Source: Octopus vulgaris
Taxonomy: Eukaryota
DNA: 64,000 nt
NCBI GenBank assembly: GCA_951406725.2
Contig: OX597825.1
Span: 44,888,001-44,952,000 of the forward strand
Direction: 5' to 3'
Shown here: one piece after another, positions 63,431 through 64,000 of the stretch
Position numbering within the stretch: the stretch's first letter is position 1
Layout: the number at the start of each line of letters is the position of its first letter
The notes under the pieces: model-generated
What the model was told of the DNA's origin: nothing
Seen by the model: the letters and a program-made list of their open reading frames with translations, nothing else
Databases searched by the model: none
Translations under genes and position numbers: made by a program

Positions 63431-64000
63431 TCAATCTTCCTATAAGTTCTGTCCGATTTTACCTTTTTTAAAATTGAATGAAATTTAATAGTATTTTAGA
63501 ATGTCTAATGGAATTAAAAATTATTCTTATGCATTTGTGTACATTTAAACTAATTAAATATTATTTTACAGAATAACAGAATTTAAATTTCTTTGATTAA
63601 AACCCTTTCTAACATGGAAGTATCCAAAGAGCATTTGAGGCACATACCACTTTATGAGTACAAAAAAGGAAACTCTGCAGCCGAAGTGACTTGAAACATA
63701 CACTCAGTTTATAGGAAAGAATACTTGAATGAAAGAACTTGCAGAAGATGGTTTGCAAAATTCAGAAGTGGAGATTTCAGCCTTGAAGATGAAGATCGAA
63801 CAGGACATCTAGTTGAGTTTGATGATAAGCTCTTTGAGGCATTACTTGAAGAAAATCCTGCATTATCAGTTGAACAATTGGCAATAAAGCTTAGTTCAAA
63901 CCATACAACTGTTCATCATCATCTTCAACAACTTGGAAAGCTTCCTAAACTTTGAAAATGGGTGCCTCATGAATCGTCTGAAAGCAATCACAAATCCTGC
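63431..64000 (+). mobile_element. Mariner 5' part (runs off the window)
   Basis: TA plus a TIR-like start; MEVSKEHLRH, ERTCRRWFAKFRSGDFSLEDEDRTG and WVPHE at ~63958. Confidence 0.92.

Overview
AT-rich, microsatellite-dense eukaryotic genomic DNA, almost entirely decayed transposable elements. The repeated tRNA-headed SINE and overall repeat make-up suggest a cephalopod such as Octopus (inference, not verified). Recognisable elements: five mariner remnants, three Gypsy remnants, RTE-type, L1/Tx1-like, CR1-like, R4/Dong-like and Hero-like non-LTR elements, two Helitron-like elements, a Buster-type hAT fragment and at least six Penelope-like element (PLE) remnants. Two phase-compatible minus-strand exons (29728-29836, 26039-26119) look like the 3' end of an unidentified host gene. 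The signal missed by the ORF track is RNA-structural: I read about 15 type I hammerhead ribozyme (HHR) motifs by eye, intact or decayed, some with compensatory changes at the core 3-8 pair (C-G, U-A, A-U). Best candidates for something new: (i) a non-coding 482-nt unit bounded by two intact HHRs (13555-14342), a retrozyme-like circular-RNA cassette; (ii) a fold-back element joining a tRNA-like Pol III head to an HHR tail (56870-57275, partial copy near 761-960), possibly a PLE-mobilised SINE; (iii) HHR modules stacked in (TA)n tracts (10720-12560). All folds were read manually, none was computed or tested, and most element boundaries are approximate.
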